From an uncultured virus (IMG/VR IMGVR_UViG_3300025769_011517) (lineage: Duplodnaviria > Heunggongvirae > Uroviricota > Caudoviricetes): 64,000 nucleotides of DNA. The notes below the pieces were generated by a model. The model had not been told where the DNA came from. It saw only the letters and a program-made list of their open reading frames with translations, and did not search any database. The translations under genes were made by a program, and so were the position numbers. This document shows, piece by piece, positions 9,907-19,684 of this stretch. Within the stretch, counting starts at the first letter, position 1; each line of letters opens with the position of its first letter. Where the stretch lies: the IMG/VR virus record IMGVR_UViG_3300025769_011517; one strand, 5' to 3'.

Positions 9907-10356
9907 TCAGATAGCGCTTACCCGGCTCACTGAGAACGTGAGCGAGAAAGAAGCAGGAGCACCTGAAGAAGCATCACCATCAGGCTCAGTAAGCCCAACA
10001 AGCAAGCACTTCGGATACACACGCTCAGACCCAGGCTCAGCCAGATCACAATTAAGCGTGTAAATCTTGACATCATAATAGGTTGAACCGACCAACTGAC
10101 GAAGGTTGTTCAATCTATCAGCATCGTCATCAGGATTATAGAACCTGCTGAGAGTGATGTCACCAATTTCTGAAGGAGCACAAAGAACCTCAGGGAACGT
10201 CGATCCCCCGTCATACACCTTCTCTACTGCAGCGCTGATTTCGCCGCCGCTGACTGTAGCAAAGTACGTGGCGAAAGACGGACCCGGAATATGGCCGGGA
10301 ACATCTCTAACCGCTGAAATCTCTGCGACAATCTGCCTCTGAGTTGCTTTAGCCAT
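9907..10356 (-). CDS. Tail tube protein
   Basis: 149 aa directly after sheath; FATVSGGEISA..EIGDITLSR..PDGDASS..FSLTFSV pattern. Confidence 0.75.
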   Translation of the reverse strand: MAKATQRQIVAEISAVRDVPGHIPGPSFATYFATVSGGEISAAVEKVYDGGSTFPEVLCAPSEIGDITLSRFYNPDDDADRLNNLRQLVGSTYYDVKIYTLNCDLAEPGSERVYPKCLLVGLTEPDGDASSGAPASFSLTFSVSRVSAI

Positions 10357-10366
10357 TTATATCTCC

Positions 10367-11875
10367 TTAGATTACGGGAGCCGAAAGATTGCTCTTAGTG
10401 ATTACTATATCAATTAAATCCGCAACCCCGGAAACCCGGACCCCAACCTGGGCCTTAACAAGACCGTTGGCAAGTTGCGTCGCTGGATTAAGAGTGCTGT
10501 CAACCACGACATTGAAGCCGGGGTCAATCATCACGCCATCATCATCAAACGCTTCGTAAAGGCCACCAGCAGCACGGATCGGCTCCAAGAAAGCCTTGAT
10601 TGAGCCACGGATACGACCGAACAAGTTGCCTCGGGCGTCTACCGTCTCAAACACGTACTCTTCCATACGGGCCTCAACACCAGTCACAATGTAGTTCATG
10701 GTGTCACGCATCGTAATGTAGCGCCAGTTAGCCTCATCGTTTGATACTGAGCGGGCACCGTAAACACGGATTCCGTTACCAATTTTGCGAATCACGTTAA
10801 CTCGGGCCGCATCCATTGTTTCGCCGGTCGCAGCAGTAACATCCTTTGACAGGGCACTAACAGTTCGAGCCTGAGAAATCTGTCCAGCACCTGCACGCCA
10901 CGGGCCACCGCTCTGCTGAATTGCTCTAGCACGAGCACCTGCAGCAAACGCCTCAGGTGAAATCGTGACCGTTGCGCCAGCAACCGATGACTGACCTGAA
11001 GCCAGCTCCGCAGCGTTCGGTGACGGAACCTTGATGTGTGGCCAGTAGAACGCCATGTAGCTTGCTTTATCATCAGCGTAGTAGTCTGCTGCTGAGCTTC
11101 GTGCTGAAGCGGCAGCAACGTCATCAAACCCCAAGAGCGCTACACGATTATGCTCAGCCGCATGATCCCGAAGCGCATCCCAAACATCAGAACCATAACG
11201 GCCCGGAGCACAAATAGCGCCCGTGCCAAGGTTGGGTGTAATGTTAGTAGTCGCTACAGCAATTGCTGTCACATAGTCTGAATCCGCAACCGCAAGACCA
11301 TCACTACCACCAGAAAGAGCAGTAGCCGCAGAAGTAGCTGGGTTAGAAGACGACGTATCATCGTCAGTAAGTTCAACAAGATGCGAAACTGCTGAACTGT
11401 TCACCACGTTGATTGCGTCTGTAACTGACGTAAGGTCACGAGTTGAAAGGAGGAGAGCATCATCTAGATACACCTTAACCTTGAAACCCGAAACGTCAGC
11501 AGCAGCAATCTCAATATCTAGATTGTCTGACCAATCACCAGCATTCTTTGCGGTAGCAACCATAGTAGCCGAACCGGAAGAATCGGTAAGAGTGATAGAA
11601 CCAGCCGCACTAGGCGTGTCTGTACTATTGGTTAGGACACGCTGCACATAGCACCGAGAACCGCCCTCATCAAAGAAAGTCTTGACATGGCTGTAAAGTG
11701 ATCCTGATTCATAATTTCCGTAGTAGGTCGTATAGTCGTTAAAAGATCGAAGAAGCGTGGGTTCATCTGTAGGACCCCGCTCAGTCTCACCGACCATAAA
11801 TACTTGACCTGCCACGACATCTGTAGTACCCACAGGACCAGTGCGTACTGCAGTGGTGACGTTAACTCCCGGCAT
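10367..11875 (-). CDS. Tail sheath protein
   Basis: MPGVNVTT..FMVGETERGP..FFDEGGSRCYVQRV..GIRVYGARS..WRYITMR..YVFE sheath motifs; start at 11875 with GGAGG RBS. Confidence 0.92.
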   Translation of the reverse strand: MPGVNVTTAVRTGPVGTTDVVAGQVFMVGETERGPTDEPTLLRSFNDYTTYYGNYESGSLYSHVKTFFDEGGSRCYVQRVLTNSTDTPSAAGSITLTDSSGSATMVATAKNAGDWSDNLDIEIAAADVSGFKVKVYLDDALLLSTRDLTSVTDAINVVNSSAVSHLVELTDDDTSSSNPATSAATALSGGSDGLAVADSDYVTAIAVATTNITPNLGTGAICAPGRYGSDVWDALRDHAAEHNRVALLGFDDVAAASARSSAADYYADDKASYMAFYWPHIKVPSPNAAELASGQSSVAGATVTISPEAFAAGARARAIQQSGGPWRAGAGQISQARTVSALSKDVTAATGETMDAARVNVIRKIGNGIRVYGARSVSNDEANWRYITMRDTMNYIVTGVEARMEEYVFETVDARGNLFGRIRGSIKAFLEPIRAAGGLYEAFDDDGVMIDPGFNVVVDSTLNPATQLANGLVKAQVGVRVSGVADLIDIVITKSNLSAPVI

Positions 11876-11998
11876 CTTTAGCCTCCAATTTCGTTGTCGT
11901 TCAATACCGTATTGACTTGCCCTGAGGGCTAGACTTAGCGTCTGCTCTGTCAAGTATTATATTACCACGCAGCGTCTAGTGGTCAATGTAACTAATCT

Positions 11999-12175
11999 CT
12001 AAGAATAACGTAACCATTCTAAAGCGGCTGCAGCATCTTCTTCAGAAATTTCAGGCCGGTCTTCAGCAGGAGTGTTTACGATGTACTGTGCATATTCCCA
12101 ACGCTCATCGTCATCTTCCAGACTGTCAAAATCAAAACTGCCGTCATCTGTCATGGGGGAATTATTAGGATTCAT
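11999..12175 (-). CDS. Small acidic protein, 58 aa (not in ORF track)
   Basis: MNPNNSPMTDDGSFDFDSLEDDDERWEYAQYIVNTPAEDRPEISEEDAAAALEWLRYS*; preceded by TAGACT-6 nt-ATG. Confidence 0.65.
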   Translation of the reverse strand: MNPNNSPMTDDGSFDFDSLEDDDERWEYAQYIVNTPAEDRPEISEEDAAAALEWLRYS

Positions 12176-12179
12176 AAAT

Positions 12180-15047
12180 CTAGTCTATCAGGTCAATCCA
12201 GGCCCCGTCAACAGGCAACTTACTCAAAGCATCACCCCAAATATCCAGGCCCTCATCAGCGCTCATAGTGCCTCCGCCATAGTGAACCCAAACTAATGCT
12301 TGCATTTCGTGTAATGTCATATCTCCAAAAATTTCTGGGTGAGCCGCTTTAAGCGAAGCTAATGCCCCTCTTGAAATTTTTGTGCTATCACGGAACATTA
12401 AGTCGCCAGAACCAAGCCCATTTGGTTTTGAAGATAAACCACTCTGGAACAAATCCTGTGCTGTAGCCGTGTAAGCCTTCCACGTTCTTACGCCTGTTTC
12501 TTCATCAATTTCCCAATGCCCAAACTTTGCCTCAGTTTTTAGTGTTAGTTCTCGCATGGTACCCGAACCAAGCTTATTTTTATTCGTAAGCGGATTCAAT
12601 ACCGCATTACCGGCCATTACCCTGTAATGCCAAGTATCATTGGTCGAACTATAATCAAGATCAGGGCGCAAAAGATTGGAATAAAAACTAGAATACTTTG
12701 GCCCAGAAATAGCATCACGTACTGTCACATCGCCACGCAAAACAGCAACAGCTTGCTTAACCTGCAGTGTACCCTTAGACGTAAACAACGGATACGGAGA
12801 CTCAACACCCGTATAACCTTTAGGGGTTTTCGTACCAGTATCAGAATCTCGCTTCCAATCCTTAAACGAAGTGTAGCCTCGCATGCTATTAGCGGCATAC
12901 AAAACTTCAACTAACTGTGCAGAGTCTAACTCAGACGGACGAATAGACTGACCCGGCTTTAAATCTTGGTGAAAACCCAAACTGCTTGTCTTCTTAGTTG
13001 CTTTACCCTTACGCCAAGCCAGAAACTCTGCCATAGCTGGAGTAATCTCAATAGGTTCATCAGCTTTCAAAATGTTGATAAGTCGTTCAGTACTCTCATA
13101 ATTGCCGTTAGCAGGACCATCCCATAGACGACCCGCAGACATTACCGTGGCCGCCGCTACTACACGTTCCAAATCCACATCTTGTGCATCAGCCAAAGCA
13201 CGAAGCCGATCACCTTGCTCTGAATACCACCGTGACTTTTCTAAACCCTCTTTAACTTTTTCAGGATCAAACTCACCAGTAACAGGGTCATAACCCATTG
13301 CTATCATGGCGGAATGAGCCAAGTTCAAAGTAAGTTCATCTCGGCTAATACCCAACTCTTCAAAACGGGCATCAAGTTTCTTTTCTAACTCTTCACTAAA
13401 CTCAACAAAAGACCCATCAGCATTCATACCCTCAATTGACAACGTGCCATTAGGGTGAACAACCTTGTCATCCGTCGATCTAACACCATCCTTATCCAAA
13501 GAAGAAAACATCACACCTTTGTCCTGGGGACGCATCTCCTTAGCCTTCGGAACATTAGCTCTCGGACTTTCAGGATCAGACTTACGGCGAGGACGAACAG
13601 TCCACTGCTTAATCGGAGTAGCGTCAGCAAACGCACCCGGCTGAACATACTCATCAACAGAAACAATCTCAAAATCGCCAGCAACCAGCCACTCATCATC
13701 AGACTCTACAGGCGAAATAGTTCTCGCAGGAAACGCATTAGCGCCCTCAACCTTAATCATAACAGATGACGGCCCACCGCCAGTAACCGACAAGCCAGCA
13801 TACTCGCCAGCAGCTCTCTCATTTGAAGACGTGGCACCTAAAGGCATAGAGATAACCCCCGCAGCTTCCATACGCTGCTGCGTCTCAGCATCAATCATCA
13901 TGCCACGCCACAGCGTTTCTTGAGGCGGCGAATCATCAATTAATTCAATTAAGCCACTATACTGCCCCTCACTGATGCCGTCACGGATACTTTCGGTCGC
14001 CCCGTAGTCGCCACGCACCCAAGCGTCTAACACGTCACCAGTTTCTGCACCATACACTTGTCTAATAGATTCCAACCGACGCTCTAAACCTTCAGTCACT
14101 ATTTCAATGTAACTAGACTCATAGTCATAAACGTCAATCTCGCCGTTTTCGTAAGCGTCGATGAGAGCAATACCACGTTCTTCTAGATCGGGGAAATCAG
14201 CCCATGCTTCATCACCTGACCTCCACGACGGAATGATATCGTCATGCAACTCTTTAGCTGCAGGACTCAAGTCACGGTCATCAATTGGTTTTGCCGTAGG
14301 CATCGGATCATAACCAAACTCGTAAATATAGTTACCGTCCGTATGTAAGTCACCGGCACGCACACGCATCTCAATGATACGATACTCGCCACGCATCGGA
14401 CCCTCACCATGTTCAACAGCATACAACCTAGAAGGGGTAACCCAATCACCAGCGTTAATAGTATCCACACCATCCACAGGTACAGCACGATACATAATCA
14501 CTTCAGCGTCAGGGTTACCACGAACACGACTAATAACTTCAGCCATCTCACGATCTTTAGCAGCATCCGCCCGCACACCAGACCCATACAGCCTCATAGC
14601 GTCCGCAGAATAAACATCCGGTGGATAAATCTGATCCAAAGCATGCAACGGTGCACCTTCTCCCCTTCCAGGCGGACGATGCTCAATCCTATAATCACCA
14701 GTAGCAGGAACTTCATCAACAGTCCCCAGCGTTTGCCCAACAGTCCCCAACGACTGACCAATAGTCTCCTGACGTTCACCCAACGCAAGATTTTCGCTCC
14801 GCCACGACTGTCGATACTCAACAGGATTATCGTTAGCATCAACCAGGCGCAATCCGTCCAACTGAGAAACATTAGACCCGTTTAAGAGACTAGAAATTTC
14901 CTCGCCCGCAGCATTCAAATACCGGGTGCCAATAGGCCGCTCAAACGGCGTACCTTCTTGAACAATACCGTCATTATCAGCATCTTTAGGGTTAGGATTA
15001 TACGGCTCTTGACGCAACCCGCCCCATCTACCACTACCAATAGCCAT
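12180..15047 (-). CDS. Multi-domain effector-like protein: two ADP-ribosyltransferase-like domains and a C-terminal DNA-glycosylase-like domain
   Basis: N-terminal DADNDGIVQEGTPFERP; MYRAVP..INAGDWVT..YAVEHG; LWRG..ATSS..DDEWLV (R-S-E ART); RWY..MSAGRLW..GPKYSSFYSN..NDTWHYR..EMQALVW. Confidence 0.6.
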   Translation of the reverse strand: MAIGSGRWGGLRQEPYNPNPKDADNDGIVQEGTPFERPIGTRYLNAAGEEISSLLNGSNVSQLDGLRLVDANDNPVEYRQSWRSENLALGERQETIGQSLGTVGQTLGTVDEVPATGDYRIEHRPPGRGEGAPLHALDQIYPPDVYSADAMRLYGSGVRADAAKDREMAEVISRVRGNPDAEVIMYRAVPVDGVDTINAGDWVTPSRLYAVEHGEGPMRGEYRIIEMRVRAGDLHTDGNYIYEFGYDPMPTAKPIDDRDLSPAAKELHDDIIPSWRSGDEAWADFPDLEERGIALIDAYENGEIDVYDYESSYIEIVTEGLERRLESIRQVYGAETGDVLDAWVRGDYGATESIRDGISEGQYSGLIELIDDSPPQETLWRGMMIDAETQQRMEAAGVISMPLGATSSNERAAGEYAGLSVTGGGPSSVMIKVEGANAFPARTISPVESDDEWLVAGDFEIVSVDEYVQPGAFADATPIKQWTVRPRRKSDPESPRANVPKAKEMRPQDKGVMFSSLDKDGVRSTDDKVVHPNGTLSIEGMNADGSFVEFSEELEKKLDARFEELGISRDELTLNLAHSAMIAMGYDPVTGEFDPEKVKEGLEKSRWYSEQGDRLRALADAQDVDLERVVAAATVMSAGRLWDGPANGNYESTERLINILKADEPIEITPAMAEFLAWRKGKATKKTSSLGFHQDLKPGQSIRPSELDSAQLVEVLYAANSMRGYTSFKDWKRDSDTGTKTPKGYTGVESPYPLFTSKGTLQVKQAVAVLRGDVTVRDAISGPKYSSFYSNLLRPDLDYSSTNDTWHYRVMAGNAVLNPLTNKNKLGSGTMRELTLKTEAKFGHWEIDEETGVRTWKAYTATAQDLFQSGLSSKPNGLGSGDLMFRDSTKISRGALASLKAAHPEIFGDMTLHEMQALVWVHYGGGTMSADEGLDIWGDALSKLPVDGAWIDLID

Positions 15048-15059
15048 AGTATTATCCTA

Positions 15060-15932
15060 TCACGCAGTCGGTGTTTTAGCAAGGCTACTAGCCGAATACG
15101 CTCCCACTCCAGCCTGATTAACAGAAGCAACCCTAAACTGATACGACGTGCCATTAGTCAAACCCGTAACAGTATAAGCCGTATCCAAAGAATCAGTATC
15201 GCTCACAACAGTCGTCCACGTAGAACCAGAATCTGAAGACTGCTGAATGTTATATCCAGTAATATCGTACACGCCGCCGTTCCATGTTGAATCTGTCCAA
15301 GACAAAGTAACTTCAGTATCTCCAGCAACCGCAATAAGATTCGTGGGAGCATTAGCGGTGATCGCCATCTTCTCTACAGTTACCTGCGTAGACTGCATCA
15401 CACCAAGAGGATCATGATCTACACGTTCTTCCAAAGACAGATCATAACCTACAAAAGCGCCAGCTAGCAAACGCTCACCCTTGATCAAAGTCAAATCAGA
15501 AAACTCTTCACGAATTGAAGACTCATCAATCTTCGGATAGCACGGAACAGACGAGTCATACGCAGACAACGAAGGTCCGTCCATAAGCGCTTCACGAACA
15601 ACAGCAACAAGATTATCTCGCTGATCAGTCACAATCTGACCACCGCTATCACGCACCCAAACATAAGTACGCATTTGATACGTCACCCTAAAAATAGGAT
15701 CAGCATCAACAGCATAATCAGTCCGCTCAATATTGCCGGTACTAATAGCCAACGTAATTAACGTCGGCCAAGCATCCAAAGCAAACGGCTCATACGACAA
15801 ATACTTACGTGGCTCAGGAAGCTGAGAAGAACTCAATCCCCAATGATTCCGATACGTAAGCAGCCTACCCGGAATGTCATTAACGAGATAATTCGACACA
15901 TATGATTTTGCTAATCTAGGTCCTGACATCAT
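15060..15932 (-). CDS. Tail completion/terminator-like protein with C-terminal fibronectin type III domain
   Basis: Neck-gene position; APTNLIAVAGDTEVTLSW..YTVTGLTNGTSYQFRVASVN..G FN3 motif. Confidence 0.65.
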   Translation of the reverse strand: MMSGPRLAKSYVSNYLVNDIPGRLLTYRNHWGLSSSQLPEPRKYLSYEPFALDAWPTLITLAISTGNIERTDYAVDADPIFRVTYQMRTYVWVRDSGGQIVTDQRDNLVAVVREALMDGPSLSAYDSSVPCYPKIDESSIREEFSDLTLIKGERLLAGAFVGYDLSLEERVDHDPLGVMQSTQVTVEKMAITANAPTNLIAVAGDTEVTLSWTDSTWNGGVYDITGYNIQQSSDSGSTWTTVVSDTDSLDTAYTVTGLTNGTSYQFRVASVNQAGVGAYSASSLAKTPTA

Positions 15933-15933
15933 T

Positions 15934-16443
15934 TTAGATCGTCACCTTTGCCGCAGCAGCCGCCGCATCAATACCCTTTTGCCCGTCCATAATATATCGG
16001 CCAACTATAAATGCGGTTCTGTCAGAAAACGTTCTCGGAACAAAAAGTGGTCTGCGTTCAGGCATCTTGCGAGTTCCCGTAAAGTGGTAGTCAGCGTAAG
16101 GAATTGACGTACCAAACTGTGCTTTTGAAGCACCAATATCACGAACAACGCCACGCCCTGAATTGATCGCAGTTAAAGACCGGCGCAATGAGCCATCAGC
16201 AACAAGAATACCGTTTGCCCCGTAGTTCTCTAACTTCCACGAGGCATACTCTTCGTTAAGGCGCTCCCACCGCCCACCAGCAGCCGCACCCTCTGTCGCA
16301 AACAACTGCTCGTGGGCATTCGCAAGCTCACGCATAGCCCAACGAAACACAGGCTTAAAGTTATTTGACCTGCGCACCATCGTAGCAAATCGACGCTTTA
16401 GAGGTCCAGTTCGGACTTTTTTGACACGTACTTGAGCAGCCAT
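15934..16443 (-). CDS. Virion morphogenesis/neck protein (Mu gpG-like)
   Basis: FATEG..W..L..ILVADGSLRRSL..FGTSIPYADYHFTGTRKMPERR. Confidence 0.8.
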   Translation of the reverse strand: MAAQVRVKKVRTGPLKRRFATMVRRSNNFKPVFRWAMRELANAHEQLFATEGAAAGGRWERLNEEYASWKLENYGANGILVADGSLRRSLTAINSGRGVVRDIGASKAQFGTSIPYADYHFTGTRKMPERRPLFVPRTFSDRTAFIVGRYIMDGQKGIDAAAAAAKVTI

Positions 16444-16444
16444 G

Positions 16445-17086
16445 TTAGGCCACCCTAACTCTACGGTACTTTTTAATGCTCATAAGCTCACGCTCAGAAA
16501 ACCCAGTCTCCAAAGGTGCAACATTTCTTGTCGTCAAATCCTTCAAACCAACCACATCGTCATGCATGTTCTGCATCTCACGGGCAGCCGCTCTCAACAA
16601 CAGCAACTTAAAAACTTTGATGTTGGCACCATCTAGGCCAGCCGTGTATGTTATCGTAACACGGTCATTAGCAAAAGCATTAAACAACTCAATGCCATAA
16701 TCACGAGTTATGTAATCTCTCTCAGCCACCTGATCAGTCGCTGTAGCAGAAGCAGAAGCAGGAGTAATCGAAACAGAAGAAACCGAAATAACCGGACTAT
16801 TATCCAAATACAACGTATACATCGGAGTATAGATAATACCCGGAGACGTAAGCGTCGTGGAAGGATCAGTAGTGTAGTTGTAATAGTACTGCTGATTCAC
16901 TACTCCACGCCCTACATCAGGGATTCGATAGGTTTCAGTAAAGGACTGCTGCTCAATAGGTCTGCGCAGGTATGCTTCTAACTCTGCTTGTAGGCCGTCA
17001 ATGACAATCTCAGCAGCGTCTTCTTGCACATTACTGAGCGTAATGTCCATATATGTTGTAATATCAGAAACTGTAATAAGAGCCAT
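16445..17086 (-). CDS. Head-tail adaptor
   Basis: LITVSDITTYM..ELEAYLRRPIEQQSFTE..SPVISVSSV..VTITYTAG..IKKYRRVRV. Confidence 0.75.
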   Translation of the reverse strand: MALITVSDITTYMDITLSNVQEDAAEIVIDGLQAELEAYLRRPIEQQSFTETYRIPDVGRGVVNQQYYYNYTTDPSTTLTSPGIIYTPMYTLYLDNSPVISVSSVSITPASASATATDQVAERDYITRDYGIELFNAFANDRVTITYTAGLDGANIKVFKLLLLRAAAREMQNMHDDVVGLKDLTTRNVAPLETGFSERELMSIKKYRRVRVA

Positions 17087-17144
17087 TCACGACCTGCCAA
17101 GAATAATACAAAGCTAAATAGCTAAGTGACGACTAAAAATCCGC

Positions 17145-17285
17145 TTAACCGGCCTGCGGTCTATTATTGGGATTAGGGGGCAACAGACCATCACGTCGGC
17201 CTGCATCAATAGCGTCTAGAACTCGCTCAATAAGCCCTCTAGGTCTAGGCGTTTCAGTGTCTGGCTTATCAGTTGTCGGGGGCAT
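17145..17285 (-). CDS. Small hypothetical protein, 46 aa (not in ORF track)
   Basis: GGAGGAG RBS then MPPTTDKPDTETPRPRGLIERVLDAIDAGRRDGLLPPNPNNRPQAG*. Confidence 0.55.
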   Translation of the reverse strand: MPPTTDKPDTETPRPRGLIERVLDAIDAGRRDGLLPPNPNNRPQAG

Positions 17286-17350
17286 ATGCTTTCTCCTCCA
17301 TCGGAACGTACATTACTACTATAATACCGTACCTAAGCCCTACCCCACGA

Positions 17351-17860
17351 TTACTTCTGCCAGTCCTCCCCCATAGGGTAAAAGAAACTGCCGTCGTCTA
17401 ACATCATACCAATCACAGAATAACCAACAAGGTCTAAATACGTATCGTGCAACGATTCGTTCTCAACAGTCAGGCCATTCCCAATCAAGTTCTCTAACCG
17501 GGCAACCTTGTCATGCATGCGCAGCAAAACCCCCGACGAGCCAAACCTTGCAATGTTATTCGGACCATAGTCATTCTGTTTCGAGCACAAAGTCCGCCAC
17601 ATATCCTCCGGCTCATCCGCCAGACCACTATCAGCCAAAAGGGCATACTTTGCCGTGATAACCCACTCATGCTTTTCAGGGCTTTCGTTTGTACCAAAGT
17701 AAGTATCAATAAGCTCATCTAAATGGCTGCGCAAGTTTACAAGGATATGCTCTAATGAATCTTCACCTTGGAAAACCGTGGCTGCATGAAAAAGCCATAC
17801 ATCTTTAAGTCGCTCTTTGGCCGCAGCATCCCAGGTGGCTACGTCAGAAACTACAGACAT
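17351..17860 (-). CDS. DUF1599/Nmad1-like nucleotide-modification-associated protein
   Basis: KQNDYG..GVLLRMHDKVARLENL..ESLHDTYLDLVGYSVIG. Confidence 0.75.
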   Translation of the reverse strand: MSVVSDVATWDAAAKERLKDVWLFHAATVFQGEDSLEHILVNLRSHLDELIDTYFGTNESPEKHEWVITAKYALLADSGLADEPEDMWRTLCSKQNDYGPNNIARFGSSGVLLRMHDKVARLENLIGNGLTVENESLHDTYLDLVGYSVIGMMLDDGSFFYPMGEDWQK

Positions 17861-18159
17861 TAGCCTTCTCCCTTAGTAATGTTGTTTGCAACCTGCGTCT
17901 TAAAACCAAACCAGATAAACCAGATAGCAAAAATAGCTGCTCCGTGACGATAGCCGATACCGGGACGCAAAACGTCTAGGTTGGGCCACGCACTGTTTAC
18001 GACCATATTTAGCAGCATGATAGCCATACCGCCAAAAGCACTAATCGCTGCTACTGAAATTAAAGCAGAGATCAAGATACCCAGGGTAACCTTAGGTTTT
18101 GGCTGACTGTTTTCAGTCATCTGATTTAGTACTCGTTCCCATTCTTCTGAATTACGCAT
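17860..18159 (-). CDS. Small membrane protein
   Basis: Two hydrophobic segments; translationally coupled to neighbours. Confidence 0.6.
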   Translation of the reverse strand: MRNSEEWERVLNQMTENSQPKPKVTLGILISALISVAAISAFGGMAIMLLNMVVNSAWPNLDVLRPGIGYRHGAAIFAIWFIWFGFKTQVANNITKGEG

Positions 18160-18541
18160 TTGTGTTCTCCTTAATTATTTGATGAATTCTTTGGCGTGAT
18201 AAACCATACTCTCGGGCTAACGTAGACAACGGCACACCGCCCGACATGTGCTTGGATATAATTTCGTTATTTCTTACTAATACAACATCTCTAGATTTTG
18301 GTCCCGGTCGCACCGGCCCCCACTCCCATGAAGGAATAGATTCTAGCAGAGCAACTCGTTGGGCTGGCAATGCGTTTTGTCGATACCGTGTCCGCATGTA
18401 ACTTACCCAGTTCCCTAAATTCAGTTCTTCCCCGGAGTCTAAAAACTCAACGTGGCCGCTCGGAACTAGTGCGTCTCCAAAACGATCATTGTATTGAAGT
18501 AAGGCTTCATAGTGCCTTCGCCATCTCATATCATGATTCAT
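18152..18541 (-). CDS. Helicase-associated domain plus HTH DNA-binding protein
   Basis: W..YEALLQY..GDALVP..LGNWVSYMR..LESIPSWEW; C-terminal LSTLAREYGLSRQRIHQI. Confidence 0.75.
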   Translation of the reverse strand: MNHDMRWRRHYEALLQYNDRFGDALVPSGHVEFLDSGEELNLGNWVSYMRTRYRQNALPAQRVALLESIPSWEWGPVRPGPKSRDVVLVRNNEIISKHMSGGVPLSTLAREYGLSRQRIHQIIKENTNA

Positions 18542-18547
18542 AGAACT

Positions 18548-18576
18548 ATATTAGTGAATAGCGTCTACCATGTCAA
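18548..18576 (-). promoter_or_regulatory. Sigma-A-type promoter, probably leaderless
   Basis: TTGACA-17 nt-TAATAT-6 nt-ATG(18541). Confidence 0.75.
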
Positions 18577-18938
18577 GGGGAAACTTTGAAATGCTCAATT
18601 TCTTTTGCTAAACGACGAATACCTTTAACAGTAGCTACGGTTCCAACATGCTCAGACCAAGACACAATATCGCTACCAAACTCAAACTCTAACGCATCCC
18701 AACAATAAATAAACCTGCGGCGATTAACCGCAGGCACAATCTCCAACAAATGAGCAAAGTCATCTACATGCGGATATGCAGTCGCACCACACAGCATGGC
18801 TATCGCATAAGACAAAGAAACGGCCCCCTCAGCATCGACAGGAACCGTTTGAGAAACTCCAGCAACTTCCACCATATCAGCAAGATACATTAAGTCCACG
18901 TGTAGCTTATGCTCGTGCAGTTCTTGAAGCGAAGTCAT
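18573..18938 (-). CDS. Hypothetical protein
   Basis: 121-aa ORF with TAGAAT-6 nt-ATG. Confidence 0.65.
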   Translation of the reverse strand: MTSLQELHEHKLHVDLMYLADMVEVAGVSQTVPVDAEGAVSLSYAIAMLCGATAYPHVDDFAHLLEIVPAVNRRRFIYCWDALEFEFGSDIVSWSEHVGTVATVKGIRRLAKEIEHFKVSP

Positions 18939-18949
18939 AACAATATTCT

Positions 18950-18987
18950 AAAACAAGAACGGGGTCCGGTGCAATGACCGAACCCCG
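18950..18987 (-). terminator. Probable terminator
   Basis: cggggttcggt-cattgc-accggaccccg then ttcttgtttt. Confidence 0.65.
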
Positions 18988-19135
18988 CTCAGATACTTGA
19001 TCGCATATCGGTTACCGGCGTCTTAACCGATATCCACAATCAACCTCCTTGGGGTTAGTCATTCTTGCCGGTACAAGAAATAATCTATATCCCCAAGTTG
19101 CACAACAGTGCAAGTTTACTGACTATAATAAAAAA

Positions 19136-19648
19136 TCAGCCAACAAACGTGTCGCCGGGAGTCCAAGAACACCCAGTAAGACCGCCCGCACGAATAGCGT
19201 TTAGAGTACGAATAGTCTCATCTACGTTACGGCCAGTGTCCACATCGTTTACAGTAATTGACCTGATGACATTCATAGGGTCAACAATAAACGTGGCACG
19301 CAAAGCGACGCCTTCTGAGTCATCAACCACACCCAAGTACTCAGCCAAATACAGACCTGTATCAGCCACAAGAGTATGCCTGATGTCTCTAATCAGGTCG
19401 TTGGACTTCTTCCAATTCAACTTGCAGAACTCATTGTCGCCACTGAAACCAACAACAACCGCATCCTCATCAAGAACACGATCCATTTCCTTAATCTCAG
19501 TAGGACAGATAAACGTAAAGTCCTTAGGGTAAAAATAGAATACCTTCCAACGACCATCAAAGTCGTCTAGGCTTACATTAGTAAATTCGTTTGACGCCGT
19601 AACACCGACTGCGCCAAAGGGGGGAAACTGTTCATTCAATCCAATCAT
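19136..19648 (-). CDS. ahpC: Peroxiredoxin (AhpC family)
   Basis: FYFYPKDFTFICPTEI peroxidatic motif, ALRATFIVDP, GRNVDETIR, C-terminal GCSW; start placed at second ATG by promoter spacing. Confidence 0.9.
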   Translation of the reverse strand: MIGLNEQFPPFGAVGVTASNEFTNVSLDDFDGRWKVFYFYPKDFTFICPTEIKEMDRVLDEDAVVVGFSGDNEFCKLNWKKSNDLIRDIRHTLVADTGLYLAEYLGVVDDSEGVALRATFIVDPMNVIRSITVNDVDTGRNVDETIRTLNAIRAGGLTGCSWTPGDTFVG

Positions 19649-19654
19649 GAACAT

Positions 19655-19683
19655 ATTATACCCGCCCCTTTGGCGGAAGTCAA
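19655..19683 (-). promoter_or_regulatory. Sigma-A-type promoter, probably leaderless
   Basis: TTGACT-17 nt-TATAAT-6 nt-ATG(19648). Confidence 0.8.
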
Positions 19684-19684
19684 A

